Source: an uncultured Spirochaetota bacterium
GTDB taxonomy: Bacteria > Spirochaetota > Spirochaetia > SZUA-6 > Fen-1364
Reading direction: 5' to 3'
Assembly (NCBI GenBank): GCA_963781885.1
Contig: CAWAHW010000003.1
Location: 128,001-192,000 of the forward strand
DNA: 64,000 bases
The position numbers and the translations under genes are program-made. Below, one piece after another: positions 28,988 to 38,650 of the stretch. The notes beneath the pieces are model-generated. The model made no database searches. It was not told where the DNA came from and saw nothing but the letters and a program-made list of their open reading frames with translations. Positions within the stretch are counted from its first letter, which is position 1. Every line of letters starts with the position of its first letter.

Positions 28988-31333
28988 ATGCATCTTTTCA
29001 AGACATCGGAGAAATACTTCCAGGTTCATCCATGGACGGTCGTCGAAGAGGGCTTTGATCCCCGGAAACAACGCCTGGCAGAATCGATCTTTTCCCTGGC
29101 GAATGAGTTCATGTGCGTCCGGGGATACTTTGAAGAAGGCTACTCCGGGGATCACCTGCTGGGGAGCTATTTCAGCCAGCTGTACGAAGTGCTGGACGTG
29201 GACTATCCCCAGGTTTTCAAGGGTTTCGTGACGGAGGCCGCCAGCATGATCACCGCGGTGGACTGGCTCTACACGCGGATCACCCTCGACGGGGAAACCC
29301 TGGACCTGGCGACGGCACAGTTTTCGAGTTTCAGGCGCACGCTCGACCTCCGCGACGCCACCCTGGCGCGGGAGCTCGTCTGGACGACCCGCAGCCGCAA
29401 GCAGCTGAAGCTGACGTTCAACCGTTTCACCGATATCGATTCCACCGCGCGGGGGTGCCAGAAAATCACCTTCGAGCCGCTCAACTTCTCCGGCAAAGTG
29501 ACTGTCTGCAGCGGCCTGGATTTCAACACAATCTATGAGCTTGCGGCGGGGTGGGACCAGACCCAGGGAACGGGCGCCAGCAAGGAAAAGTCCGCCGAGA
29601 CCAACTTCTGGACGTGCGAACGGCGGCAGCGCCTGGGCGATGTTTGTGCGATTCAGGCCCGAACCCAGAGGAGCGGCTGTCACCTGTTTTCAAGCTTCCG
29701 CGTCTCGGCCGATCAGCCGATCAAGCCCCGGCTCGTCGAACGGGAGAAGTTCATCGGGGTCGACCTGGCGCTCCACCTCCGGGCGGGGCAGGCGACGGTG
29801 CTTTCGAAAACAACGGTCAGCCATTGGGAACAGACGGAGGACGCCGAGCAGGTCTGGACCAACGGCCTTCGGCTTGCCCAGCGGCTCACCGGGACAACGT
29901 TTGACCAGGCCATGGAAAAGCATCGCCTGAGTTGGAGCCGTTTCTGGGACCGAATGGATATTGAAATAGACGGCGACCCGGAGATGCAGCAGGGCGTCCG
30001 CTATTCCCTGTTTGCGATGTACATCAACTATCATGGAGAAAGCGACCGGCGGAACGTGATCTGCAAGCTCGGAGGCGAAGTCTACAGCGGCGTCAACTTC
30101 TGGGATACTGAAATCTATTGTCACCGGATGTACATGTTCCTCGATCCCAAGATTGCGCGCAAACTTCTCATGTACCGTTACCACTACCTGCCCAGAGCGA
30201 TCCAGAACGCGCAGCGGGTTGACCTGGAAGGCGCCCGGTACCCGTTCTCAACCATCACGGGGAATGAGGAAAGCGGCACCTGGCAGCATGTCGACCTGGA
30301 GATCCATCAAAACGAGGCGATCTACTACGCGATCTGGCATTATGCGCGCGTCTGCAGGGATACGGAGTTTCTGTACCGCGAGGGCATTGAAATGCTGCTC
30401 CAGATGTGCCGCTGCATGGCGAGCTGGGGCGGCTGGAGCCCGAAAAAAGGCGATTTTGGATTCTACGGAGTCATGGGGCCGGATGAGTTCCACATGATGG
30501 TGAATCACAACTGCTATACGAACTACCTTGGCAAGAAGATGTTCACCTATACTCTGGAGGTGCTCAGCGGGATGCAACGGGACGCCCCGGAGCTGTATCA
30601 GCAAGCGATTGCAAAAGTACAGCTGCGTCCAGAAGAGCCCGTGGAATGGAAGCGGATGGCGGAGAAGATGCGGATTCCCAAGGACGAAGCAACCGGCATC
30701 TACGAGCAGCATGACGGGTACTTCGATCTCCCGCACGTGGAAGTGAAGGACATCCCGATGTCCCAGATCCCGATCTACAAACACTGGGCGTACATCCGGA
30801 TTTTCCGATTCGATATGCTGAAGCAGCCCGACTTTCTCAACCTGCCGTATTTTTTCAGCCAGGACTTCAGCATGGAAGAAAAGCGGCGGAACTACGAGTA
30901 CTACGAGGCCCGCACCAGCCACGAATCGTCACTCTCCCCGTCCTTGCATGCCATCCTGGCCGCCGAACTGGGGAAGAGGGAGGAAGCATACAACTTTCTG
31001 GCCTATGCGGCCCGCCTGGACCTGGACAACTACAACAGGAATACCGAGCAAGGCATCCATTCTTCCTCGGCGGCGGGGGTCTGGGCGGGTATGGTCTCTG
31101 GTTTCGGCGGATTGCGCACCGACGCGGAGACGCTGATTCTCAATCCGACCATTCCGGTTCAGTGGACGGCGTACCGCTTCCGTATCTCCTATGCCAACGC
31201 GCTGCTCGCCGTGGAGGTCACTCGCGACATGGCGCGGTTCAGGGTGGTGGAGGGAGACGGCGTCATCGTGAGCATCTACGGCGAGGTCCGCCGGATCACC
31301 GCGGACGGCCTGGAGGTCATGATCCCGCAGTAA
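28988..31333 (+). CDS. Glycoside hydrolase family 65 phosphorylase
   Basis: ESIFSLAN, FWDTEIY, VMGPDEF, KQPD, HESSLS. Confidence 0.92.
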   Translation: MHLFKTSEKYFQVHPWTVVEEGFDPRKQRLAESIFSLANEFMCVRGYFEEGYSGDHLLGSYFSQLYEVLDVDYPQVFKGFVTEAASMITAVDWLYTRITLDGETLDLATAQFSSFRRTLDLRDATLARELVWTTRSRKQLKLTFNRFTDIDSTARGCQKITFEPLNFSGKVTVCSGLDFNTIYELAAGWDQTQGTGASKEKSAETNFWTCERRQRLGDVCAIQARTQRSGCHLFSSFRVSADQPIKPRLVEREKFIGVDLALHLRAGQATVLSKTTVSHWEQTEDAEQVWTNGLRLAQRLTGTTFDQAMEKHRLSWSRFWDRMDIEIDGDPEMQQGVRYSLFAMYINYHGESDRRNVICKLGGEVYSGVNFWDTEIYCHRMYMFLDPKIARKLLMYRYHYLPRAIQNAQRVDLEGARYPFSTITGNEESGTWQHVDLEIHQNEAIYYAIWHYARVCRDTEFLYREGIEMLLQMCRCMASWGGWSPKKGDFGFYGVMGPDEFHMMVNHNCYTNYLGKKMFTYTLEVLSGMQRDAPELYQQAIAKVQLRPEEPVEWKRMAEKMRIPKDEATGIYEQHDGYFDLPHVEVKDIPMSQIPIYKHWAYIRIFRFDMLKQPDFLNLPYFFSQDFSMEEKRRNYEYYEARTSHESSLSPSLHAILAAELGKREEAYNFLAYAARLDLDNYNRNTEQGIHSSSAAGVWAGMVSGFGGLRTDAETLILNPTIPVQWTAYRFRISYANALLAVEVTRDMARFRVVEGDGVIVSIYGEVRRITADGLEVMIPQ

Positions 31334-31432
31334 AGGCGCGGAGCGTCCTCTCTGACAGCCTTCGAGCCCCCGTAAAGCCTTGCCGATCCCCCTGATGGGC
31401 GTCTCTCCACGCAGGAATGATGCCGCGGGATC

Positions 31433-31493
31433 TTGACAGGCGAGTGTGGCAGGGGGTATTTTTATGAAACTGATTCTATGAAATCACTTTCAT
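31433..31493 (+). promoter_or_regulatory. Promoter with tandem LacI-type operators
   Basis: TTGACA(31433)-18 bp-TATTTT; ATGAAActgaTTCTAT overlapping ATGAAAtcacTTTCAT. Confidence 0.7.
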
Positions 31494-31641
31494 GGACTCG
31501 ATGCACGTACGGCAGGCGGCCATGTGGCAAAAGGAGGTGAAAAGGTCCTACTAATTCGGTTTCAGCAGGCATTCGATCAATCCCGTTCCACGGTTGATTG
31601 ATTGCCGACAAGGGGAGTCTCAGGGACTCAGGAGGGATCTG

Positions 31642-31734
31642 ATGAAGAAGACTCTGAGTGTGTTGTCTCTACTCCTTGTATCGCTCACGACTTCTGTCGA
31701 CAAAAATCGAACCAAAGGGGGTTCACGCACATGA
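31642..31734 (+). CDS. 30-aa ORF resembling an orphan signal peptide (MKKTLSVLSLLLVSLTTSVDKNRTKGGSRT)
   Basis: RBS AGGAGG upstream; TGA overlaps the SBP ATG. Confidence 0.45.
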   Translation: MKKTLSVLSLLLVSLTTSVDKNRTKGGSRT

Positions 31735-33074
31735 AACGCACGGCATTATTCACGTTGTCGCTGCTCCTCGTTGCCGCGGCTCTGTCATTCGCAGCAGGGT
31801 CCAAGGAGGCCTCCCCGGCTCCGTCCTCCGCGAATGCGTCTGCCGCGGCCCCGACTATCGGGACGGCTCCTATCGTGCTCAACGCCTACTTCGAGACAGG
31901 GTTCGACATCCCCTTCAAGCTCGCCGACGAGTTCACGAAGCAGTTCCCGAACGTGACCTGGAACATCAAGCAGGACCAGTTCGCGAATCTCATCAATGAG
32001 ACGCCGCGCCTTCTCGCGGGCGACAACCCGCCGGACCTCATCAGGCTGCCGACGATGGTCTCATTTGCCAAGCAGGGGCTGCTCAAGAACCTTGACGGCT
32101 ACGCCAAGGCTTTCGGCTGGGACAAATGGCCCGTGCCGCAGCTGAACCAGAACCGTGTCGCGGCGGATGGTACCCGTGGCTCCGGCGCCCTCTATGCCAT
32201 GGGCCTCAACTACAGCCTGACGGGCGTCTTCTATAACAAGAAGCTCGCGGCCCAGATTGGCATGACGACGCCTCCCAAGACGCTCGCCGAATTGGAGGAC
32301 CTGCTGGCAAAGGCCAAGGCCGCGGGGCTCCAGCCGATCATGGAGTGGGGCAGCGCGAAGAGCGGCATGGGGCTCGCATTCCCTCTCCAGAACCTGATGG
32401 CTTCCGTTGGCCCCGTGGGCCCGATCAACGACTGGATCTTCCAGAAGAAGGGCGCCACGATCGACACTCCGCTGAACCTGGTTGCCGCGCAGCACCTGGA
32501 GCAGTGGATCAAGAACGGCTACTTCCCGCCTGACATCAATGCCATCGAGTACACGGACGCTGCCGACCGCTTCACGAAGGGCGAAGGCGTCTTCACGTTC
32601 AATGGCGATTGGCAGAACGCCGGCTACGATGCGGCCATGCCCGGCAACGTCGGCTTCTTCGTGATGCCGCCCGCACAGGCCGGTGCCGGCCCGGCGGCGA
32701 TGTCCGCCCCGCTCACCTACGGAATCGCTGCCAAGGCAAAGAACGCGGACGCCGCCGCGTTCTTCCTCAACTGGGTTGCCACGAATCAGAAAGCCCGGGA
32801 GATCGATGTCGCGATCGGCGGGTCGAACCCCGGCGGGCCGGCGGATGCCACGATGCCTGCTGTCGCCGCGGGCTCGGTCACGAATGAGACCCTCGCAGGA
32901 GGGCCGGTCATCGGCAAGGCCGGAAACTCGATGGACTTCATCGCCAACTCGACGAGCTCCATCTTTGCGCAGGGCTGGACGCCCGAGCTCCAGAAGATGG
33001 TCGGCGGCAAGCAGGACGCCGCTGGACTCCTGAAGGCGGTTCAGGCAGAATACATCAGAGAACTCGCTCAATAG
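31731..33074 (+). CDS. CUT1 ABC substrate-binding protein
   Basis: MKRTALF...SFAAGSKEA signal; VFYNKKLA..IGMTTPPKTLAE. Confidence 0.92.
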   Translation: MKRTALFTLSLLLVAAALSFAAGSKEASPAPSSANASAAAPTIGTAPIVLNAYFETGFDIPFKLADEFTKQFPNVTWNIKQDQFANLINETPRLLAGDNPPDLIRLPTMVSFAKQGLLKNLDGYAKAFGWDKWPVPQLNQNRVAADGTRGSGALYAMGLNYSLTGVFYNKKLAAQIGMTTPPKTLAELEDLLAKAKAAGLQPIMEWGSAKSGMGLAFPLQNLMASVGPVGPINDWIFQKKGATIDTPLNLVAAQHLEQWIKNGYFPPDINAIEYTDAADRFTKGEGVFTFNGDWQNAGYDAAMPGNVGFFVMPPAQAGAGPAAMSAPLTYGIAAKAKNADAAAFFLNWVATNQKAREIDVAIGGSNPGGPADATMPAVAAGSVTNETLAGGPVIGKAGNSMDFIANSTSSIFAQGWTPELQKMVGGKQDAAGLLKAVQAEYIRELAQ

Positions 33075-33105
33075 CGGCAACGGCCGCGGGAGAAGTTATT
33101 CGACG

Positions 33106-34053
33106 GTGACAACGATGATGACGTCAGACGTTCCCCCCGCGGCCGCCGCGCTCTCACGGCGGACCTTCCGTTTCAGGATGGTCCGCCGTCGGGAGACAAC
33201 CATCGGCTGGCTGTTTGCGGTGCCGGCCCTGGTGATGTACGCGATGTTCGTTCTGCTTCCGCTCGTCCTGAGCATCCAGTACTCGTTTTTTCGCTGGAAC
33301 GGGATCGGTCCGATGACCTGGGTGGGGCTCAGGAATTACCAGACAATCCTGGAGGTTCCCAACCTCCTCGGGAGCATCATCAATGCCTTCGAGCTGGTGG
33401 TATTCTTCAGCTTCGTACCGGTGGCGCTCGGGCTCGTTGTTGCAAGCATTGTGCACCGCGTGGCACCCGGGCGGCTCGGCGCGGCGGCCCGGACCATCCT
33501 GTTCCTGCCCCAGGTCATCCCGCTCGTCGCGGCCGGGATCATCTGGGGCTGGCTGCTGGCCCTTCCGGGCCTCATCAACCAGATCCTCAGGGGGGTCGGC
33601 CTCGGCGGGATCGCCCGCGCCTGGCTGGGCGACTTCAGCTGGGCGCTCCCGGCCGTCGGCCTCATCGGGATCTGGGTCGTGCTGGGGTTCTGCACCGTCC
33701 TGCTTTTGACGGGAATAACGAAGATCGACCCGTCACTCTATGAGTCGGCGAGGATTGACGGTGCCGGCTGGTTCACGGAGTTCTTCCAGATCACCATCCC
33801 GCTTCTCCGGCAGGAGATCGGGGTGTGCCTTACCGTGACGGTGATTGCCGCGCTCGCCGCGTTCGATATCGTCTACGTCACGACGGCCGGCGGGCCCGGC
33901 AACGCGACGGCGGTCCCGGGGATCCAGATCTACATCCTTGCCTTCACCGAGCAGCGGATCGGCCTGGCGTCTGCCCTGGCCGTGGTGCTCATGCTGCTGG
34001 TGCTGGTCGTCATCCTTCCCATCCAGCGCCTGAGCAGGGAGACCGGGCGATGA
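33106..34053 (+). CDS. CUT1 ABC permease
   Basis: VGLRNY, YESARIDGA, TAGGPG; exact start uncertain. Confidence 0.92.
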   Translation: MTTMMTSDVPPAAAALSRRTFRFRMVRRRETTIGWLFAVPALVMYAMFVLLPLVLSIQYSFFRWNGIGPMTWVGLRNYQTILEVPNLLGSIINAFELVVFFSFVPVALGLVVASIVHRVAPGRLGAAARTILFLPQVIPLVAAGIIWGWLLALPGLINQILRGVGLGGIARAWLGDFSWALPAVGLIGIWVVLGFCTVLLLTGITKIDPSLYESARIDGAGWFTEFFQITIPLLRQEIGVCLTVTVIAALAAFDIVYVTTAGGPGNATAVPGIQIYILAFTEQRIGLASALAVVLMLLVLVVILPIQRLSRETGR

Positions 34054-34874
34054 AGGTGGGACGCAGAGAGCTTGTGACCGGACGGGTCCTTCTCCTGGCG
34101 CTCATGGCGCTGACGATCCTGCCATTTCTCAGCATCTTCACGACCGCGCTGTATCCGTCGGGGACGGTGCCCAACGGGCTGGGATGGCCCGCGCACCCGC
34201 AGTGGGGCAACTTCATCCAGGCGTTCAAAGTGGCGAACATGACGGCACTCCTCGCCTCGAGCACGTTCATCGTGATCGCGGTTGTGCCGATTTCGCTCGT
34301 CATCTCCACGATGGCGGCATTTGCAATCGGTCTCCTGCGGATCCCGGGATCGCGCGTGCTGCTGTTCCTGTTCGTGTTCGGGCTGACGCTTCCGTTCGGA
34401 GGGATCATCGTCCCCCTCTATTACCTCGAGCGCTCCATCGGGATCTACAACACCCGGTTGGCGATCGTGCTGCCGCTGATCGGCCTGTACATGCCGTTCG
34501 CCGTGTTCTGGATGCGCGCGCACTTCGTCAATATGCCGGTCGACATCTCGGAGGCGGCCCGCCTTGACGGGGCATCCACGTGGGGACTGTTCCGGCGGAT
34601 ACACCTCCCGCTCGCACGCGCGCCGATCTCGTCACTGGGAATCCTCATGGCGGTCTGGACGTGGAACCAGTTTCTCCTGGCGCTGGTGCTCGTCGAGGAC
34701 CCGTCGCAGCGAACGATGGCGGGCGCGCTGGGAGCGTTCCAGGGCCACTACGCCACCGATGTCCCCCTGCTGTGCGCCGGCACCATCCTGATCCTGGTTC
34801 CCACCCTTGTCATCTTCGTGCTGTTCCAGCGGCAGATCATCGCGGCGCTGCTCCAGGGCGCGGTGAAGGGATGA
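34050..34874 (+). CDS. CUT1 ABC permease
   Basis: EAARLDGAS, WNQF, GAVKG. Confidence 0.92.
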   Translation: MKVGRRELVTGRVLLLALMALTILPFLSIFTTALYPSGTVPNGLGWPAHPQWGNFIQAFKVANMTALLASSTFIVIAVVPISLVISTMAAFAIGLLRIPGSRVLLFLFVFGLTLPFGGIIVPLYYLERSIGIYNTRLAIVLPLIGLYMPFAVFWMRAHFVNMPVDISEAARLDGASTWGLFRRIHLPLARAPISSLGILMAVWTWNQFLLALVLVEDPSQRTMAGALGAFQGHYATDVPLLCAGTILILVPTLVIFVLFQRQIIAALLQGAVKG

Positions 34875-34981
34875 GGCGGCGGCTCGACGCGCATCGACAC
34901 CGGAAACCGCTGCGCGATGCAGGATGCCGTCGGGGCTTGACAGTCGCCGTCATGTGAGGTCTCTGACTGAGGGAAATAACG

Positions 34982-35983
34982 ATGCCCGCACATGCACCCA
35001 CCATCTACGACGTGGCCAGGAAGGCCGGTGTCAGCGTCTCGACCGTCTCGCGCGCCGTCAATACGCCGCATCTCGTGCAGGAAAAGACCCGCCAGAAGGT
35101 CATGCGCGCCGTCGAACAGCTCAAGTTCGTGCCCAAGGCGGAAGCCTCCGTCCTGGCGCGAAAGCATGTCGGCAGCATCGGCGTGCTCCTCCCGTTTTTC
35201 ACCTCGCCGTCATTCGTGCAGAGGATGCGCGGCGTCGCGTCAGCCCTCTCCGCCACGAAGTTCGAGTTCGTCGTTTACACGGTCGGCTCCCGGGCCCAAC
35301 TGGACGAGTATCTTGACGTCCTCCCGCTCTGGCGCCGGCTGGACGGCCTGATCGTCATGTCGATGCCCCTCTCCGACGCGCAGCGGCGTCATCTCCAGTC
35401 GCACGCCCTTGAAATCGTGTGCGTGGAGTTTGCCCAGGCACATTTCTCTTCCATAGAGATCGACAACCACGAGGGCGGGAGAATGGCAGCGCGGCACCTC
35501 GCGGCAAAGGGACGTCGGCGGTGCGCGTACGTCGGCGAGGCAGGGGTCCCGGAGCACATCATCCACTTGAGCGACCTGCGTCTTGAGGGTTTTCGCCAGG
35601 GCCTGCAGGAGAAGGGGCTGGACCTGCCTGACGAATATGTCAATCGCGAGCCCTACAGTCGGGAGGGGGTCATGCGGCAGACGGAAGCCCTGCTCGGCCG
35701 TTCAGCTCCCCCCGACGCGATCTTTGCCTACTCGGATCTCCACGCTGTCGATATCCTCCGCGTCACCCGCGCGAAGGGGATTCGTGTACCGCAGGATCTA
35801 TCGATCGTCGGTTTCGACGGCACCGATGTGGCCGATTTCCTTGGATTAACCACGATCGACCAGCGTTTGGACGAGTCCGGCCGCCTTGCCGCGGAAATGC
35901 TCATGTCCCGCATCTCCGATCGCAGCCGCCCGCCGCAGAACACCCGGTTGCAGCTCAGCCTGATCGAGCGCGGAACGACATAA
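34982..35983 (+). CDS. LacI-family repressor
   Basis: TIYDVARKAGVSVSTVSR, VPQDLSIVGFD. Confidence 0.95.
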   Translation: MPAHAPTIYDVARKAGVSVSTVSRAVNTPHLVQEKTRQKVMRAVEQLKFVPKAEASVLARKHVGSIGVLLPFFTSPSFVQRMRGVASALSATKFEFVVYTVGSRAQLDEYLDVLPLWRRLDGLIVMSMPLSDAQRRHLQSHALEIVCVEFAQAHFSSIEIDNHEGGRMAARHLAAKGRRRCAYVGEAGVPEHIIHLSDLRLEGFRQGLQEKGLDLPDEYVNREPYSREGVMRQTEALLGRSAPPDAIFAYSDLHAVDILRVTRAKGIRVPQDLSIVGFDGTDVADFLGLTTIDQRLDESGRLAAEMLMSRISDRSRPPQNTRLQLSLIERGTT

Positions 35984-36063
35984 AGAAGGAATCGTTCAGC
36001 CGGCTCCTAAGGTTCTTACGATGCCGCCGTCGGGTCAAAGAACCGGTCGTCGTCCGTGGATCG

Positions 36064-36125
36064 TTGACTCTCGACCGTGCGCCGTGCTATCTATTATGAA
36101 AGTAGTTTCATGAAAGTTCTTTCAT
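36064..36125 (+). promoter_or_regulatory. Promoter with tandem LacI-type operators
   Basis: TTGACT at 36064; ATGAAAgtagTTTCAT overlapping ATGAAAgttcTTTCAT (36096-36125). Confidence 0.75.
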
Positions 36126-36182
36126 GAGGTTGCGGCACAGTCTTCCGCATGCGTCAGGAAGGCGCACAGGAGGGTACGGTGA

Positions 36183-36836
36183 ATGAAAGGCGACGTCATC
36201 CTGGTGGAAGAGCATCACCGAAAGGCAGCCGGCGTGATCGTGCCCGCGATCATCGAAAAGGTGAGAAAAAAGCCCGCGAGATACGTCATCAGTGTTGCCG
36301 GTGAATCGGGCAGCGGCAAATCGGAGACCGCGAAGGCGATTGCTGAAGAGATGTCGAAACTCGGCGTTCGATCCGTCATCCTGGGGCAGGACGACTATTT
36401 CGTGCTTCCGCCGCGGTCGAACGACGCCAGGAGGAGGGACGATCCGGAGTGGCTGGGACCACATGTCGAGGTTGACCTGGATCTCATGGAAAGCAACCTG
36501 AGGGCGGCGGTCGAGGGGGCGACCGAGCTCGCCAAGCCGCTCGTCGACTATGACAATGACCGGGTGGGAAAAGAGAGGATCAGCCTGGAGGGTGTCGCGG
36601 TGGTCATTGCGGAGGGAACGTACACATCCCTGCTGAAACGTGTGGACACCAGGGTCTTCATTGCCAGGAGTCGTCTGGACACGCTTGAGCACAGGATGAA
36701 AAGAAACAGGGGCGGCGAAGCGCGGGATCCTTTCGTCGAGCAGATCCTGACACGGGAGCACATGATCATCGCGGGGCATCGACATCTCGCGGACTTCGTC
36801 ATTTTGAACGACTACGACGTGCGCGCGATGATGTGA
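36183..36836 (+). CDS. Uridine-kinase-like P-loop kinase (candidate sucrose kinase)
   Basis: GESGSGKS, QDDYF, AEGTY; directly upstream of the GH13_18 gene. Confidence 0.75.
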   Translation: MKGDVILVEEHHRKAAGVIVPAIIEKVRKKPARYVISVAGESGSGKSETAKAIAEEMSKLGVRSVILGQDDYFVLPPRSNDARRRDDPEWLGPHVEVDLDLMESNLRAAVEGATELAKPLVDYDNDRVGKERISLEGVAVVIAEGTYTSLLKRVDTRVFIARSRLDTLEHRMKRNRGGEARDPFVEQILTREHMIIAGHRHLADFVILNDYDVRAMM

Positions 36837-36841
36837 CGGGC

Positions 36842-38311
36842 ATGGCGGTGAAGAACCAGGTCCAGCTCATCACCTATCCGGATTCGCTCGGAGGAAGCCT
36901 GGAAGCGCTCGACCAGGTGCTTCTTACGCATTTTCCGGGCCTCTTTCAGGGAGGAGTTCACATTCTCCCTCCGTTCCCGTCTTCCGGAGACAGGGGTTTC
37001 GCACCCCTGACCTACCTTGAGATCGAACCGCGCTTTGGCGGCTGGCAAGACATCCGGCGAATCAGCCATCATTCGCAGGTCATGCTCGACCTGATGGTGA
37101 ACCACATTTCCCGGCAGTCCGAGTATTTCCGTGACTTCCTGAAGAAGGGTCGCCGCTCGCGCTGGGCAGACCTCTTCATCACGCTGGACAAGATGTGGCC
37201 GGACGGGAAGCCTTCTCCAGAAGACCTTTCAAAGATGTTCCTGCGGAGGCCGCTCCCGTTTTCCCGGTTTGCTATCGAAACCGGCGAGGAGGAAACGGTC
37301 TGGACCACCTTCGGGAAGCAGGACCCCTCCGACCAGATCGACATGGACTGGCGCTCGGACGCGTACCGGAAGCTCCTGACGGACTTCATGGCAGGCTTCA
37401 GCCGCAATGGCGTGAGAATGGTCCGGCTGGACGCAGTCGGCTACGTTGTGAAGAAGATCGGGACGAGCTGCTTTTTCGTGGAGCCGGAGATCTACAGTTT
37501 CCTCGACTGGATCCGCGGAGAGGCTGACTCTTTCGGTATCGAGCTCCTTCCCGAGCTCCATGCGCACCATGCCAGCCAGTTCAACCTGTCCGCGCATGGG
37601 TACTGGATCTATGACTTCATCCTACCCTACATCATCCTCGAAGCCCTGCTCCTCAAGAAAAGCGGCAACCTGAAAGGGTACCTCGCGGTACGTCCCCACC
37701 GCCAATTCACGATGCTCGACTGTCACGACGGCATCCCCGTGAAGCCGGATCTGGATGGGCTTTATAAAAGCGATGACGCGAGAAAAGTGGTGCAGACCTG
37801 CATGGAGCGCGGCGCAAACCTGAGCTTCGTTCTCTCCCCGGTCCACAAGGATTCTGACGGTTTCGATGTCCACCAGATCCGGTGCTCCTACTACTCTGTC
37901 CTCGACCGCGACGACGATGCATACCTGTCGGCCCGAGCTCTGCAGTTTTTCGCGCCGGGCATACCCCAGGTCTATTACATGGGCTTGCTCGCGGGGGAAA
38001 ACGATTCGGAAGCTGTCCAGCGGACGGGAGAAGGCCGGGAAATAAACCGGCACAACTACAGCCGGGAGGAAATCGATACGCGGGTCCGCACCGAGGCGGT
38101 TCAAAGGCTGGTGCGGCTCATCCGGTTCAGAAACGAGTATCCGGCCTTCAACGGAGTTTTCCAGGTCATGGATTCGGAAGAGGGCGTCGTCCGTCTCCGC
38201 TGGCGGAATGATGACGGGGCAGTCTGCACGTTGAATGCTGACCTGCGGACCGGACGGTCGGAGATCGAATATGCCGATGCGGCCGGCGGACTCGTTCGCT
38301 CCAGAATCTGA
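36842..38311 (+). CDS. GH13_18 sucrose 6(F)-phosphate phosphorylase
   Basis: QLITYPDS, RLDAVGY, LPELH, DCHDG; specificity loops KMFLRR and GFDVHQ. Confidence 0.85.
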   Translation: MAVKNQVQLITYPDSLGGSLEALDQVLLTHFPGLFQGGVHILPPFPSSGDRGFAPLTYLEIEPRFGGWQDIRRISHHSQVMLDLMVNHISRQSEYFRDFLKKGRRSRWADLFITLDKMWPDGKPSPEDLSKMFLRRPLPFSRFAIETGEEETVWTTFGKQDPSDQIDMDWRSDAYRKLLTDFMAGFSRNGVRMVRLDAVGYVVKKIGTSCFFVEPEIYSFLDWIRGEADSFGIELLPELHAHHASQFNLSAHGYWIYDFILPYIILEALLLKKSGNLKGYLAVRPHRQFTMLDCHDGIPVKPDLDGLYKSDDARKVVQTCMERGANLSFVLSPVHKDSDGFDVHQIRCSYYSVLDRDDDAYLSARALQFFAPGIPQVYYMGLLAGENDSEAVQRTGEGREINRHNYSREEIDTRVRTEAVQRLVRLIRFRNEYPAFNGVFQVMDSEEGVVRLRWRNDDGAVCTLNADLRTGRSEIEYADAAGGLVRSRI

Positions 38312-38376
38312 CCAGAAGAGCAGCGATCTGGCGTGACTCCTTGTAATGCAAGGAGCTGCGTTTGGCCCAGGAGCGG

Positions 38377-38612
38377 CCGCGAATGCCGCCAGGAAGAGGC
38401 CGGGCGAATGCCACGGAACCGCACGGAGCACCGTGCGAGCTACCGTGGCCGGGCGAATGCCACGGAACCGCACGGAGCACCGTGCGAGCTACCGTGGCCG
38501 GGCGAATGCCACGGGGTACCGTGGCCGGTGTGGCCGGTGTGGGCGCAGGGCGGCGTTTCTGCTACAGTCAACTCCGCGGGATACCGCGGCCGCTTCCTGG
38601 CGGCATTCGCGG
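38377..38612. repeat. Intergenic element: perfect 20-bp terminal inverted repeats enclosing 49-bp tandem hairpin units
   Basis: CCGCGAATGCCGCCAGGAAG (38377-96) / CTTCCTGGCGGCATTCGCGG (38593-612); units start at 38398, 38447 and 38496 (third shortened). Confidence 0.85.
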
Positions 38613-38650
38613 AAGAAGTGGTCGCACAATCAGGCAACGGGGGTGGATCG

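Noticed and set aside
38398-38530. CRISPR array
   Set aside because: Units are identical over the whole 49 bp with no unique spacers; no cas genes in the window
38333-38650. Repetitive N-terminal extension of the GH4 enzyme
   Set aside because: Read-through of the DNA repeat; the GH4 fold starts at ATG 38651
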